Notes under the pieces: generated by a model
Seen by the model: the letters and a program-made list of their open reading frames with translations, nothing else
Databases searched by the model: none
Told to the model about the DNA's origin: nothing
Assembly (NCBI GenBank): GCA_964016885.1
Contig: OZ024741.1
Coordinates: 235,662,001-235,726,000, forward strand
Source of the DNA: Eledone cirrhosa
Lineage: Eukaryota
Reading direction: 5' to 3'
DNA: 64,000 nucleotides
Position numbers and translations under genes: made by a program
In this document: one piece after another, positions 31,576 to 45,759 of the stretch
Layout of the letters: every line of letters starts with the position of its first letter
Position numbering within the stretch: position 1 is the first letter of the stretch

Positions 31576-32426
31576 TATATATATATATATATATATATAC
31601 AAATTATATATACAAATTTATATATACAAATTATATAGAGAGAGAGAGAAAAAAAGGGAGAGAATGGGTGATATATATATATATATACAAAATAGGGAGC
31701 GCACAGATTAAAAACAATAAAATAAACAACGGAAAGACGGACAGTCCCATCGCCTCAGTCAACCTCTGGAAATCACTCTGGTTTCGGACTATCAGTTCTA
31801 CCCATTGGTAAATAGCCTAACATAAATGATATATATACATGTATATATATATATATATATATTATGTTTAATAAATAGCTTCTATAGGACTAAAACTGTT
31901 TCATTCAAAAGAAATCATATATATTTATATACATTTATATATATATATACTGGTAATATGTCACCCATTACAACCCGTGCATGGTCGAGTCGTCAGCGAC
32001 TGAACCGGCCACCCCACCAATCTTGCTTGGGGAGGAGGGTGATTTGGGACACTCTGCAGGAGGATGAAAAACAAAACCTGTCAAAGTGGTGGTGGTGGGG
32101 GGGGGGGGGGGGACTCAGGAGAGTCAACGGCCATCCAATAAGTCTTGGGGCGGGGAGGCAGTGGGAGGAGAGACCTTAGTCTTTATTGAGACATCTCTTT
32201 AGGAGGTCATTTTGGTATAAAAACCTGCGATTTCGTTTGCATCCAATGATGTAGACCAGTTCTACTTTTTGGGTAGATATGTTACATCTTTTGCATTGCA
32301 TGGCATTGCTGGCCATAGGCAAGTCCCTAGCAGGACTAAAAAGCCACATCCGTGCTGCTTATGCTTAAATATCAGGTGATAGCATTACTCGAAATCGAGT
32401 TGCGGTCATCACACACACACACATAC

Positions 32427-32459
<33 letters not shown>

Positions 32460-32552
32460 CAGGGTGTCGCCATAAAATGTATTCACACTTTGATTACCTG
32501 TACAGGCAATATTTGTGTTGTTAAAGTGAGTATACATTTTTTTAGACAAACT
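32460..32552. mobile_element. Tiny Tc1/mariner-type MITE (decayed), same family as 47333-47430
   Basis: Starts CAGGGTGTC...AAAATGTATTCACAC; shares the internal TTACCTGTACAGGCAATAT. Confidence 0.6.
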
Positions 32553-32565
32553 ATATATATATATA

Positions 32566-32616
<51 letters not shown>

Positions 32617-33196
32617 CGAAAGGCTTCTCTGTACACTTCTTCGGAAAGTATGTTTATTCCCTTTCAGAAAATAATTAGTTGGGAGTGAAATTTTAGTAAG
32701 TAAGTTAATTTTATAATTTTCTTATTTTACGTCTCTCATATATATATATATATATAATTACAGATGGCTGGACTTCTTCCTTGTTGAAAATCCAAGTATC
32801 GGCCTCCGTGGTTTACCATTCGATTAATTGGTGAAATATATTTCTTTATGGAATATATACAGGGCAGATTAATCATATTATAAGGTATCTATTTTTGAAG
32901 TTCTAGTTAACTTTATTTAGTTCCCTACCTAGCTATGTGTGCTTACACACTTATAAAAATTATCCCCTGTGATTGTTTTATATGTTTATTTATATGTTAA
33001 TCAATTTCTAGTTGTTATAAAATGCTCGGACCTATTCATTAGAATCTTGGAGCTTATTTTACGGGTGATATGGCGCATGCCTTTCTGGCATGACACCCAT
33101 AATTTTGATTTAGATTAAATTCACTTTGATTTATCTTAATTTTGGATATAGATATAGATATATAATTATATATATATATAATTATATATATATATT

Positions 33197-33227
<31 letters not shown>

Positions 33228-33919
33228 ATTAGTTACAACAGTGGCATATATATATATATGTGTGTGTGTGTGTGTATGGGTCAATAGTAGATGACGAATG
33301 GAAGGCATATAAACATACACACAACCACAAAACTAGTCACATTGATATTTATTTAGCTGTTGGTAAACTGGGATATAGTCCATTCCTGTAATTCAGTGTA
33401 ACCATTTATCGATTTATTAGTACATATATATTTATATGTGCGTGTCTGTATGCACGTATATATACGTGCATACACACATACACATGCATATACACATGCA
33501 TACACACAATTGGTGACAGAAGACAAACGTGCTTTTTCTCAAAAAAATCTGTTTATGCTCCTCCTCTTCTCACATCTCTTATTTCTCATTCTATCTTATG
33601 GTGAAGGACAAGTGTCCGAAACGTAAATAATCTTTTCCTACTATATCAAGTATTAAACTGATATATTTCTTAATTGTACTGTGTCGTCTGCTTCGTTGTT
33701 TGTGTTTACTTTTGGCATATGTGACTGTGTGTGTGTGTATGAAAAATAAACGGCAAACAGCAAAGCAAACAATACATTGCAATCAGGATACATATTAGTT
33801 TAATGTTTCAGACGCTAGTCCTTCATCAGAAGATAGAATGAGAAATAAAAGAACTAGAAAGATAGAGGAGAGTGAAAAGAGGAAGAAACGGAAAAAAATT
33901 AGGTGGGGGTGGGGAGCAT

Positions 33920-35300
33920 GTGTGCTTTTATTTTGTGTCGCTCCTTTGTTCTGTCCTACACCATCTTGTTTTTGTGTGTTGGGTGTTGTGTGCTTAGTTT
34001 GCGCATGCGTTACATCCGGGTATGCGTGTGTGTGTTTTTATTTATTTATTTATGTGTTTATTTACTTGTCACTTGTTTGTTTTATCTGCGTGTGTCTGAT
34101 TTGTTTTGTTAGTTTGGTTTATGTGTGTGTCTGTATGTCTTCATTTTGTCCTTAATTACTAGTTGTGATGTTGCTATTCCACTCATGTTTTCTGTTTAAT
34201 TTTGGTTGGAGTTCGCTTATGTTTGTCGCTTCTGTGATTTGTCTGAGCATTGCATCTTTTCTGTGTGTGGATATAATTTTTATTTCTGTGTTCTCTAATG
34301 TGCCCCTATGTTCTATGTTGGCATGATGGTAGAATACTGGTGAGTTTTTTTCCATTTTGGAGTTCTCGCCAGTGTTCACTTATCCTTTCTCCTATGCTAC
34401 GGGCTGTTTCACCTATGTATGTTATGTTCTTATTCCTACACTGTCCCTCAGTACATCTTATGCTATATACTACGTTCCTAGTTTTGCTGTTAGTTTGTGG
34501 GCTTAGCTTGCAGACTATGCATTTCCTATCAGCACAGGGGGATCTTTGAAATGGGTATGTTTTACTAATTAGGGTTTTTATGGGAATACCTGGTCTTTTT
34601 ACTATCTTAATATTTAATTTGAACTTGTCTAGAGCCCTTCTAAATCTGTAAGCTAGTTCATCTCTAGGGGCTGTATTGACGAACATTACACTCTGGTATT
34701 TATTGCTATCATACCACGAGTTTATTTTGTTTGCCTTATTCCTAATCCTTTCTATTCTGTTCCAAAATTTGCTCCTATACATGGTGCAAGTCCCATTTGC
34801 ATCATTTTCTACGATCTTTGCTCATTTGGTTCTGGCTCCTTTATATACCCTGATCTTGTCTCTCTGATTGTAGCCAGAGAACTGCATGCGGTGGGTGAAG
34901 TGTTGTATGTATCTCTCTAATTCTTTGGGGTTGCACATGCGGGATACGTTCCTCCTCAATCTTACTAAGTCTGCAATCAGTATGTTGATTTTTATGTGAT
35001 CCAAAGCAGCTGAGTTTCGGTGAATCAGGTATTTGGTGATCATGGGTTTGGCATATGGAGGTGTTCTTCTCTAATTCCTGACTGTTACCCTGTTGGGGTG
35101 TTTTTACTACGATGTTCATGTCATCTACACAGCTGGAGTACATAGTCAGGGTTATAAAATTGTCGTCTAATTGTTCCTTAAGTCTTCTGTCCCACCATAC
35201 CATAAAGAAGTTAGCTATGTCACCTGCAATGCTAACGCCAATGGCTGCCGCCGCCTCTTGGGCATATGTACTGCCATTAAATTTGAACATATGTTCATCC
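33920..35300 (-). mobile_element. Decayed Penelope-like retroelement (Naiad-like), RT plus C-terminal GIY-YIG
   Basis: Fragments AIGVSIAGDIANFFMVWWDR, CVDD, NILIADLVR, RMQFSGY, CADRKCIVC, RNVVYSIRC..YIGETARS, RQITEA..LNRKHEW; frameshifts and an internal deletion. Confidence 0.88.
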
Positions 35301-35359
35301 TTACGGGGGTCAATAAAATAATTTATTATATATATCATATTTGCAACAACACAGCTCAC

Positions 35360-35406
<47 letters not shown>

Positions 35407-35409
35407 CTA

Positions 35410-35603
35410 TAATTGTTTCTACTTTTTGGCACAAGGCCAGCAATTAACCCAGTGTATTACTGGTACTTTATTTTATCGACCCCGAAAGGATGAAAGACAA
35501 AGTTAACCTCGGCGGGATTTGAACTCAGAATGGCAAGGACCGTAACTCTATGCGTCAAAGCATGGCGTCCAACCCTCTACTGATACTGCCAATCCTCTGC
35601 CCT
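35410..35603 (-). mobile_element. SINE
   Basis: Minus strand GGCAGAGGATTGGCAG...GAGTTCAAATCCCGCCGAGGTTAACTTTGTCTTTCATCCTTTCGGGGTCGATAAAAT...TGGCCTTGTGCC. Confidence 0.8.
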
Positions 35604-35929
35604 TATATATTGTCTATAATGTGCTGAAACATCCGTGACCTGAAGTAGACAACTGACGAAGGGAAACTGTCCATCTCTTGTATGTGTCACCTTACCTTCT
35701 GACACTATATATGTGTGTGCGTGTTAATCCCAGTATCTCTTTGTATCTATCTATATTCTTTTTGTCTGTGTTACTGTGTGTCTCTAATTTACCCATATGT
35801 CCAACTGTTTGCATCACAATCTACTCACTTTCCGGTAAGCACCCCCCCACCCCCCACCCCACACACGCATATATATGGGGGGGGTGAGAGCTAAAAGAAA
35901 GAAGTACTCAATACTGAAGTAGAGTTTTC

Positions 35930-36120
35930 ATATTTATTTATATTAAAGCTAAATAGTGAGTCTTGTTACTAGGATGTTTCGCCTGTTTATCACAGAGGGG
36001 TGCTCAGAACCGAGGTGGAGTTTTGTTAGGGCTGAATGATGGGGTTTGTTGCTCTGGAGTTTCGCTTGTCTGATGACCCTGTGATAAACTGGCGAGGGTA
36101 ACAAGACTCACTTTTTAACC

Positions 36121-36125
<5 letters not shown>
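35930..36125. repeat. Fold-back with split hammerhead remnants
   Basis: Arms AGTGAGTCTTGTTAC and GTAACAAGACTCACT; CTGATGA at ~36070 (+) and GAAACATC on the minus arm. Confidence 0.6.
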
Positions 36126-36193
<68 letters not shown>

Positions 36194-36245
36194 TATATTA
36201 ATATATATTATATTATATTAATATATATTATATATATATATATAT

Positions 36246-37144
36246 ATAAGTATGTATACATACATACATATATGTATACAGACGTACAGTAGTATGCACA
36301 TATATATATGTACGTATGGATTTACCGAGCATTTATTATAATGCTCAGTTTATTTGTAAACAAACATCCCGAATTAAGCCGTACAGTCTTTAGCAAACAT
36401 CGTTGCCCTTTTGTTCAACACTGACAAAGGAACGATGTAGTAGTTTCAAGCTTATTAGCTATCGTCAGCACCGTATACCTTCCTGCCAGATGGTTGCTAA
36501 ACACTGTACGGCTTAATTCGGGATGTTTGTTTACAAACAAACCGAGCATTATAATAAATGCTCGGTAAATCCATACGTACATATATATATGTGTGCATGT
36601 ATGTATATATGTACATACTACTGTACGTCTGTATACATATATGTATGTACGTATACATACTTATATTTAAGTAACAGCCGTACTAAGAGTTAGAAATGAA
36701 ATTTCGTTTCAGTTTTTCCATTTATCGTTTTTGGTGCGCCCGGCCGATTAACTCACTCGATATGCAAATTAGGCTGCTCAGCCGTTAATATGCATAAGGA
36801 AAGTATATACTTTCAGACGTTCAATCATCTGGCAGGAAGGTATACGGTGCTGACGATAGCTAATAAGCTTGAAACTAGTACATCGTTCCTTTGTCAGTGT
36901 TGAACAAAAGGGCAACGATGGTTGCTAAACACTGTACGGCTTAATTCGGGATGTTTGTTTACAAACAAACCGAGCATTATAAGAAATGCTCGGTAAATCC
37001 ATACGTACATATATATATGTGCATGTATGTATATATGTACATACTACTGTACGTCTGTATACATATATGTATGCACGTATACATACCTATATTTAAGTAA
37101 CAGCCGTACTAAGAGTGAGAAATGAAATTTCGTTTCATTTTTTC

Positions 37145-37146
<2 letters not shown>
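36246..37146 (+). mobile_element. Family D element: inverted arm followed by a tandem 428-bp unit
   Basis: Direct repeat TGGTTGCTAAACACTGTACGG at 36491 and 36919; 36246-36495 is an inverted copy; hammerheads at 36432-36474 (-) and 36844-36886 (+). Confidence 0.88.
36844..36886 (+). ncRNA. Minimal type I hammerhead ribozyme (family D)
   Basis: ACGGTG-CTGACGA-TAGCTAATAAGCTT-GAAA-CTAG-TA-CATCGT (G-U pair in stem I). Confidence 0.88.
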
Positions 37147-37227
<81 letters not shown>

Positions 37228-37495
37228 AGGAAGTTATAGTTCACTTGAAGCATTGTGTAATGAGGTATAAACGTTTGTATTTGTAAAGCCAAAATAATGC
37301 AGGTATGGATATAGAATATAAATGCAAATGCAAAAGATATTGTTGACAATTGTCTATTACCTTAAATTTATTTAAATATCCTTAATTGTATGTATGATAG
37401 TATGTATGTATGTATGTATGTAAAAGGTAAACAGAAATAACAACACAATCGGTCCAGTATATGGAAGGTTATTGCTTGATATAGCAGGAAGAGGG

Positions 37496-37531
37496 TCTTA
37501 ACGTTTCGGACGCTAGTTCTTCATCAGAAGA
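37496..37531 (-). ncRNA. Minimal hammerhead (family A)
   Basis: TCTT-CTGATGA-A-GAAC TAGC GTCC-GAAA-CG-TT-AAGA; relatives at ~33595(+), ~33800(-), ~49268(+), 56687(+), ~58945(-) and ~60235(-). Confidence 0.7.
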
Positions 37532-37681
37532 AAGAATGAGAAATAAGATAGATTGAGGGGACGGGCGGATTGGAATTGGAAAAAATACCTTTAGATAAAA
37601 ATAATAGAGCCTTATCTGCTGATTCTGCAAGTACGCAGGTTAAACTCCAGAGTGAGAAGACTCACTGTTTAGCCAAAATGA

Positions 37682-37754
<73 letters not shown>

Positions 37755-38099
37755 GTAATTCCAAAGGAAAAGCAAAGGAAAAAAGAGTGCTCTATGTATA
37801 GAACAGAGCTATTTAATCACACTCTAATTATATATATATATATAATTCATAAAATAAATAATCAATTACGTATTTACTTAAAATATGGATAAAACGTTCG
37901 TTAATTTATTAAAATGAAATATAATTAACCCTTTTGGTCTTCCGCATTAGCTAGATCTAAGTTCAAATACCGCCGAGGTTAACTTTGCCTTTCATCCTTA
38001 CGGGGTCGATAAAGCACCAGTAATGCACTGGGATAATTGCTGGTCTTGTGCCAAAAATAGAAACAATTATATATATATATGAATATGTATATATATATA

Positions 38100-40000
38100 T
38101 CATCATCATCATCATCATGGTCACTTAATCCTTTTTGGGGTTGTTGGGACACTGCGGTGTTGAACGCTGCATCAACTGCCTCCATCTCTGGCAGTCATGG
38201 GTGAGGGCTTGGGTTGTGGCTAAGTTCCTTCTGTCCACTCAGCTATGTTGTCTGTCCATTACATCCTCTGTCTTCCCTGCCTTCTCTTACTCCTGCACTA
38301 TTCTCTGGAGATTTGCCTTAGAGAGTCCGTTCAATCTTGTTACACGCCAAAACCACCCCAGCTTCCTCCTGTTTACCATGGTCAGCAGATCTTCAAAGTG
38401 ACTCACGTGCTGGATGATTTTTTTTTGCGGACCTCTTCATTCGTGATGTATTCTGTGTAAGAGATTACCAGGATTCTTCTATAGCATCTAATCTCCACTC
38501 TTTGGATCTTTCATTGCAGTTCAGTGGTCAGGGTCCATGATTTGCAAGGAACTCTAGCTTGTATCCTTCTTGACTGATGATGGCGCCAAGGTACTTGAAC
38601 TGCGTCACAGTCTCCAGCTCTTCACCACTGACTGTGATCCTTCTCTTTATTGTCATTGTGGTGTTTGTCATCAGCTTGGTATTCTCAGTGTTGATCTGCA
38701 TGCCGTATTTAGCAGAAGTTACGTCCAAGTTGTTCGCCAGCTCGGCGTGTTCTTCTTCACTTCCAGTTAGCCTGGCGATGTTATCAGCGAACCTGAGGTT
38801 TGTGACAATTCGTCCTCCTATACTGATTGTGCCAGGTCATGATTCGTTCAAGGAAGATGTTGAACAGTTTTAGGAAAAGGGGACAGCAATGTCAGGCGCC
38901 TACTGACGTGTGGAACCAGTCCTCCATTGTACCTTGGACAAGTACCACACTTGAGGCTGTTGTACAGCTGTTGTATGGCGTAGATGATCTTTTGGTCCAG
39001 GTTATATCTCTTTATGGTTGCCCACAGCACATCGTGCCACACCCTGCCGAAGGCTTTCTCGAAGTCAACGAATACATGATAAAAATCCTGTTGGTGTTGG
39101 CTGTACTTCTCGCATAGAGCTCTCAGATTGAAAATCTGCTCTGTGGTGTTCCTTCCGCAACAGAAACCAGCCTGTTCTTCTGCAATGATTTCTTCAGCTT
39201 GTGACGACAGCCTGTTCAGAATGACTTTTAATATCACTTTCTGTAGCTGATAAGGCTAATGGTTCTATAATTTTGGCACTGTTGTAGATTACTTTTCTTG
39301 GGGAGTATGATGGCCATGATGATGGTCAATTCCCAATCTGCCTGAACTTGTTGCAGATTTTGGTGAAAACCCCAATCACTGCCTCTCCTCCGTGCTTTAT
39401 CAGTTCTGCTAGAATATTGTCTGGACCAGCTGTTTTTCCAGTTTTCAACCATTTTATTGCTGTCTCCACTTCTTCACACAGGATCCCCGTTTGATGCTTC
39501 CTAACTGATAAGCACGCTGGGGTCTCCATGGTGGCTCTACAACGCTAAGCAGTATTCTGTCCATCTCTCTGTGATGGCTTTTTCTTCAAAGAGGTACTTT
39601 CCTTGCTGGTCTTGGATGGTGTTGACTCTTGAGTGTCTCTGTTTTGTGAGATCTTTCACAATTTTAAAGCCCTCTCTCATCTCTGTGCACTGCGTCTTTA
39701 TCCATTCTTCTTTGACCTTCTTCATCCCTTTCCTGATCTCTCTGTAAGCTGGTGCTCTAGATTTCTTCAGATCTGTTCTTGTATCAAACATTTAATAATT
39801 TCTTCTGTGACTCAAGGCTAAGTTTTCCTGCGGTGTTTCTCTAAGATGTCGTTTGCTCACTCTGTCATCACCGCATTCAACTTTATTGTCATCGTTTCAA
39901 CATCCTCTTCAAGTGTGAGCAGAGCTGCAAATTTTCCACAAACAGTTGCTTGGAAGGACTTAGTAATGGTTGAGTCCTTCAGCCTGTCCATGTTGAAGAA
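38100..40000 (-). mobile_element. Decayed RTE-clade LINE
   Basis: Fragments LKTGKTAGPDNI, CQNYRTISLIS, AEEQAGF, FVDFEKAFGRVWH, NLRFADNI, INTENTKLM, FKYLG; (GAT)n tail at 38100-38118; many stops and frameshifts. Confidence 0.88.
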
Positions 40001-40322
40001 ACATCAACATATTCCGCCGTCCCCTGTATCACGAAAAGGAAAAATTATAGGAGGAAGTTTATAATTTTTTTTTCTTAAGAAGTTTTAATATTTTCAATAA
40101 AAAAAAAAGAGCTCAGGCTATCAAATTGTTTGTCCTCAGCGAAATATCTATCACGGAGATTTAAATAAATCTAAATCAACTGTTTATGGTCTCTGGTCGT
40201 TTTAATACTATATAATGCTTGCTCCAGCTTGTACCATTTATACAGGTCGTTGAGCGCTTCATTTTATCTGCATCACAGCCAACCGATCATAATATGGTCT
40301 GTACATCTCTGGTCGGTGATCC

Positions 40323-40413
<91 letters not shown>

Positions 40414-40426
40414 CATATTTACATAT

Positions 40427-40502
<76 letters not shown>

Positions 40503-40546
40503 ATGTATGTATGTATGGGTACTATGCTGTGTTAGGTAATATACTG

Positions 40547-40591
<45 letters not shown>

Positions 40592-40802
40592 ACAGACCCT
40601 CCATCTCAATTCTACTTTTGAAAAGCAGAAGAACTGCGAAACCGGTAAACGAACCAAATAAATATATATATTTTTTTAAAAAGACTCCAGTTGCATTTTC
40701 GATTTCATCTTTTTTCCTTATACTTTCACTCGTGTAGGACACCTCGGTTATTTTTCATTTTGTAAAAAAAAACCTCACTTTCTAATATATATATATATAT
40801 AA

Positions 40803-41022
40803 TAAGGATTGATCGACTTTCGTCAAATCGGACCGACGACACAATGTTTCCGTTCGTCCTTCCAGTTGCTAATACTATCTGTCGGTCGCAACTCCAGGTA
40901 GAAGGAACAACGTGAAATAAAGTGTCTTGCTCAAGGACATAACGCATCGCCCGGTCCAGGAATCGAAATCACAACCTCAAGATTGTGAATCCAATTCCCT
41001 AACCACTTTGCCACAGGCCTTC
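40803..41022 (-). mobile_element. tRNA-derived SINE (family of 30638-30858)
   Basis: GGCCTGTGGCAAAGTGGTTAGG, GATTTCGATTCC, CCTTGAGCAAGACAC and the shared 3' part. Confidence 0.82.
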
Positions 41023-41136
41023 ACAAAGGTAATACATATATTTATATATATATATATATGTATAGATATAGGATATATATATATATGTATTACCTAACAT
41101 AGCATAGTACCCATCAAAAATAACAGATTTATTGGG

Positions 41137-41622
41137 AATGACGAAGTGGAGTCTCCACTGATCGCCGGGTCCGCCTGCCAGAGGGCTGTGAGCGCCTGAG
41201 CACATTCGATGTGCCAGTCGCCCATTTTCCTCGGTCTTTACTCGACCCAGGACTGCAGCTCGGTCAGCGAGACGAGTCGTGGAAAGGCCCGCCTCACGAA
41301 CGGGGCCCACACCGGTGAGGAATACGTAGAGATGCCGCAGCCTGAGCGCGTGTTTGCGCATCGTCAGCCACGGCATCCCCAGCCCTCCGTTGGAAGGGTG
41401 TTGGCAGCAGATGGATCTTCTCACCAAAGGAGCCCGCCTCTTCCAAAGGAATTGGAAGAGCGCGCGCTCCATTTTGGTGAGCGTTTTGGCTGGACAAGGC
41501 ACGACGGTCAAACGGTAGTAGATGGCGGACGCTATAAACGTGTTCGCCACCTCCGCTCGACTTTTCAAGGATAGTTTGCACTCGGCCCACTTCTGGGTGA
41601 GTGCAAACACCTTGGCCGTCAC
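41137..41622 (-). mobile_element. Internal fragment of an L1/Tx1-clade LINE ORF2
   Basis: LSLKSRAEVANTFIASAIYYRLTVVPCP...LFQFLWKRR...GGLGMP matches the post-RT region of L1/Tx1 elements. Confidence 0.7.
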
Positions 41623-41964
41623 CTAGATAGATAGATAAATATACGGGCAGTCAGGCAGATAGCTAGACAAACAGGAAATAGATGGATAGATAGCTAGACG
41701 TGTAGGTAAGTAGGTAGATATACAGTTAGAAAGGTATATAGATCGATAGAGAGATAAATGTTGTATTCATTATCCGAAGATAGATAGATATATAGGTAGG
41801 TAGGTAGCCTAAGATGGCAGCCCATTTAACTGCTGACCATCTTGTTAACACTGTTCTGTGAGATAGGGTGGTTATGGAGGAAGCTATCAAATAACCACTT
41901 CCAAAATAAATATTGCACAAAGTGGTTGTCACATGACTCTAGGGTTTTATTATGATATTATATG

Positions 41965-42046
<82 letters not shown>

Positions 42047-42051
<5 letters not shown>

Positions 42052-42502
42052 CACATGAATCAAAGTTCTGTTCAAACCATTTATTAGCTTACAATTGTTT
42101 CGTCCAAACCGAGGTTTGGAGTCTTCGGAGCAATTTTTCAATGATTGTTTACATACATGTCCTTTCCAACACAAGAGACATACAGAAACATATGTATATA
42201 TCGATGCACAGTGGGATGACATCTTCGTAAACTGCCGATGTTGTATTTTAACTTTAATTTTGTTTTAATATGATTTTAATTTTTGAATTTAAATTGCCAT
42301 GCAAAAATATTATAATGGATGTCACCCCACTGCGCATCGATATATACATATCTTTCTGTATGTCTCTTGTGTTGGAAAGGAGGTCATGTATGTAAACAAT
42401 CATTGAAAAATTGCTCCGAAGACTCCAAACCTAGGTTTGGACGAAACAATTGTAAGCTAATAAATGGTTTGAACAGAACTTTGATTCATGTGATTTATAT
42501 AT
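42047..42502. mobile_element. Fold-back insertion with variant-core hammerheads
   Basis: ~175-bp arms; GCT-CCGAAGA-CTCCAAACCTAGGTTTGGAC-GAAA-CAATTG-TA-AGC at 42413-42457 (+), mirrored at ~42087-42132 (-). Confidence 0.85.
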
Positions 42503-42685
42503 AACTGCTCTGTAGAACAACTGATGTTATTACATTGAGCTATTTATCTTACTGGTAATAAGGTAGTAATAAATTACTGTCTTTCACTGTTTAGGGTTTA
42601 AAATATATATAACTATAAAAAGTTTGAGTATATACATAACCATAAATAGTATCATTAATACTATATATATATATATATATATATA

Positions 42686-43135
42686 TAAATGAGCGGAACA
42701 AGTAAACATTAAACAACCTTTTAAATAAATTAAAATACGATTTAAATATTCACCCGTTCTAGTGCTGTTACCGACGGTTTCGCTTATCAAAAGATTGGAA
42801 ATTCAGAGAATTTCCAATGGAAAGAATCAGCTCTTCAGACAGCTATTTCCCTACCACAGGGCCCAAAAGCCCTGTAGTAGGAAATATATCGCTTTCTGCC
42901 CAATGCATGAGGTCAGACCGTTAAAGTGACCCACACATAAATAGGCCGAAAGAAAAAGCGGGAATTATAGACTTGTTGAAATCTCATGTTACTAAAAATA
43001 GCAGCACGATACAACATGTTTTTCTCTACATAGAAGGAGAATACATCGGTCACAGCACTAGAACAGGTGAATATTTAAATCGTATTTTAATTTATTTAAA
43101 AGATTGTTTAATGTTTACTTGTTTCGCTCATTTTT
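42686..43135. mobile_element. Inverted-arm insertion with long-stem-II hammerhead
   Basis: Arms 42686-42775 and 43046-43135; minus strand GCTGT-CTGAAGA-GCT...AGC-GAAA-CCG-TC-GGTAACAGC at 42763-42843. Confidence 0.7.
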
Positions 43136-43247
43136 ATAATTCTGGTATCACAAATTAGTATCATTGAACAACAACTGTTATAGACACCATGTATATATCC
43201 GTGGGTACTTAGTACCTACTGGAATATCTATATTATTTATATATATA

Positions 43248-43582
43248 TAATATATAAGATCATAAGATGGTTAAATGAGTTCCATGTATTTTATTATGCG
43301 CATTTCAAAAACAAATATCATCATGCAATAACATTTGTGTTTTCATCAGATAAAATAGGAGGACATGATATGAAGGTTAAAAAACACTTGTGGATAGTGC
43401 AGTTTTAAATCAACATATCATTTTAGATCACTATCCACAAGTGTTTTTTAACCTTCATATCATGTCCTCCTATTTTATCTGATGAAAACACAAATGTTAT
43501 TGCATGATGATATTTGTTTTTGAAATGCGCATAATAAAATACATGGAACTCATTTAACCATCTTTTGATCTTATATATTATG
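43248..43582. mobile_element. Fold-back insertion with hammerheads in both arms
   Basis: ~150-bp arms; partial copy at 57209-57265. Confidence 0.88.
43471..43541 (+). ncRNA. Type I hammerhead ribozyme
   Basis: TATTTTAT-CTGATGA-AAACACAAATGTTATTGCATGATGATATTTGTTTTT-GAAA-TGCGCA-TA-ATAAAATA; perfect 8-bp stem I; mirror 43287-43357 (-). Confidence 0.9.
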
Positions 43583-43665
43583 TATACTCCAGTCCTACAA
43601 ACTGTAGAGTGCTTCTTATCCGATATCTGCATTGCTTTATTGTACTACAATAAAACTCACCTCCT

Positions 43666-43733
<68 letters not shown>

Positions 43734-43829
43734 AGAGAGTGTAACTTGCAGTTACTGTAGGTTCACTCGGGTGAGCACTCGATGTTTAGGATCGCTTCAG
43801 TGTCAAGGTGTAGAGCTAGACAGAGTGTA

Positions 43830-44583
<754 letters not shown>

Positions 44584-44719
44584 TCTACTCCAAATATTTG
44601 TCAAGTGCTTTATATCAGTTATAAAAATATTTGCTTGTTGTATCCCAACAATTTAAATAAAACTTTTGCATATATATATAAATTTAGAAGGGACAAGGTG
44701 CTGTGTGGTTACTAATAAC

Positions 44720-45395
44720 GAGTGTTTAGAAATATAAGAAAAACACAAACAAAGGACTGATCCCCTCTTCAGTTGTCTGCTGTGGGTCTCGGACGTTTCG
44801 ACGCATCAAAGACAATACGTCTATCCACAGTGCGTCAATAACTGGGAAATTATCGGCGAAAGAAAAGACAAGGAGAACAATGGCGAAGAGAAATACTCAC
44901 ATATCCCGCCTCTCTCTCTCTCTTTCCTTTTCTCCCACTCATTTATCCTCTTTCTCTCTCTGCTCCCTTACTACTTCCGCTTCCGTTTTCCTTCGTCTCT
45001 CCCTCTTTACGCCTGTTCTCGCCAAGTTCAGACGTGTTTCTCTTCGCTCTCCCCATCTCGCTGTTAATAAGGTCCCACGGTGTAAGACAGCCTGCCGGTT
45101 TAACTTCTTCCCCTCTCTCTCCTTGGTTACTGCTACACACTCCTCGTGTTTCCCCCTCTCTATCGGTATGCTTTCTGTGCTTTTTTTCTTCTCCTTTTTT
45201 TTCTTCTGTTTATTTATTTTCTTTCTTTCACTTCGCCATTGTCCCCTTGTCTTTTCTTTCCCCAATAACTTCCCAGTTATTGATGCACTCTGGATACACG
45301 TATTGTTTTTGATTCGTCGAAACGTCCGAGACCCACAGCAGACAACTGAAGAGGGGATCTGTCCTCTGTGTTTTTCTTATATTTTTAAACACTCT
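44720..45395. mobile_element. Inverted-arm insertion (family C)
   Basis: Arms 44720-44895 and 45230-45395 carrying GTCGAAACGTCCGAGACCCACAGCAGACAACTGAAGAGGGGATC. Confidence 0.75.
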
Positions 45396-45759
45396 GTGGG
45401 CGCGCGCTCTCTTATGTATGTAGTTACTTAACGATATTACACCTTATTCAAGACTAGTTTCTGCCAGATTCAGATTTTTTTATTGGAGATTATATTTCTC
45501 ACGACTGTTCGGCAGTTCCTCAGACCTTTTAAAGTCTGAAGAAATGTACCTCACGCTACCAACTCAATATATATATATATATATATTTTAAAGGGATCTT
45601 AACCTCGAAATATCATGAAATATATGATAAAAGTGTAAACAGTTGTTTTATTTTGTCTTACTTTACATACACACAGTTTGCATGGGCTTACTATTTTGAG
45701 GGATGATATTCATCTTAAGTTCTTGTTCTTTTACTGTGTTATACACGAAACACAAAAAA

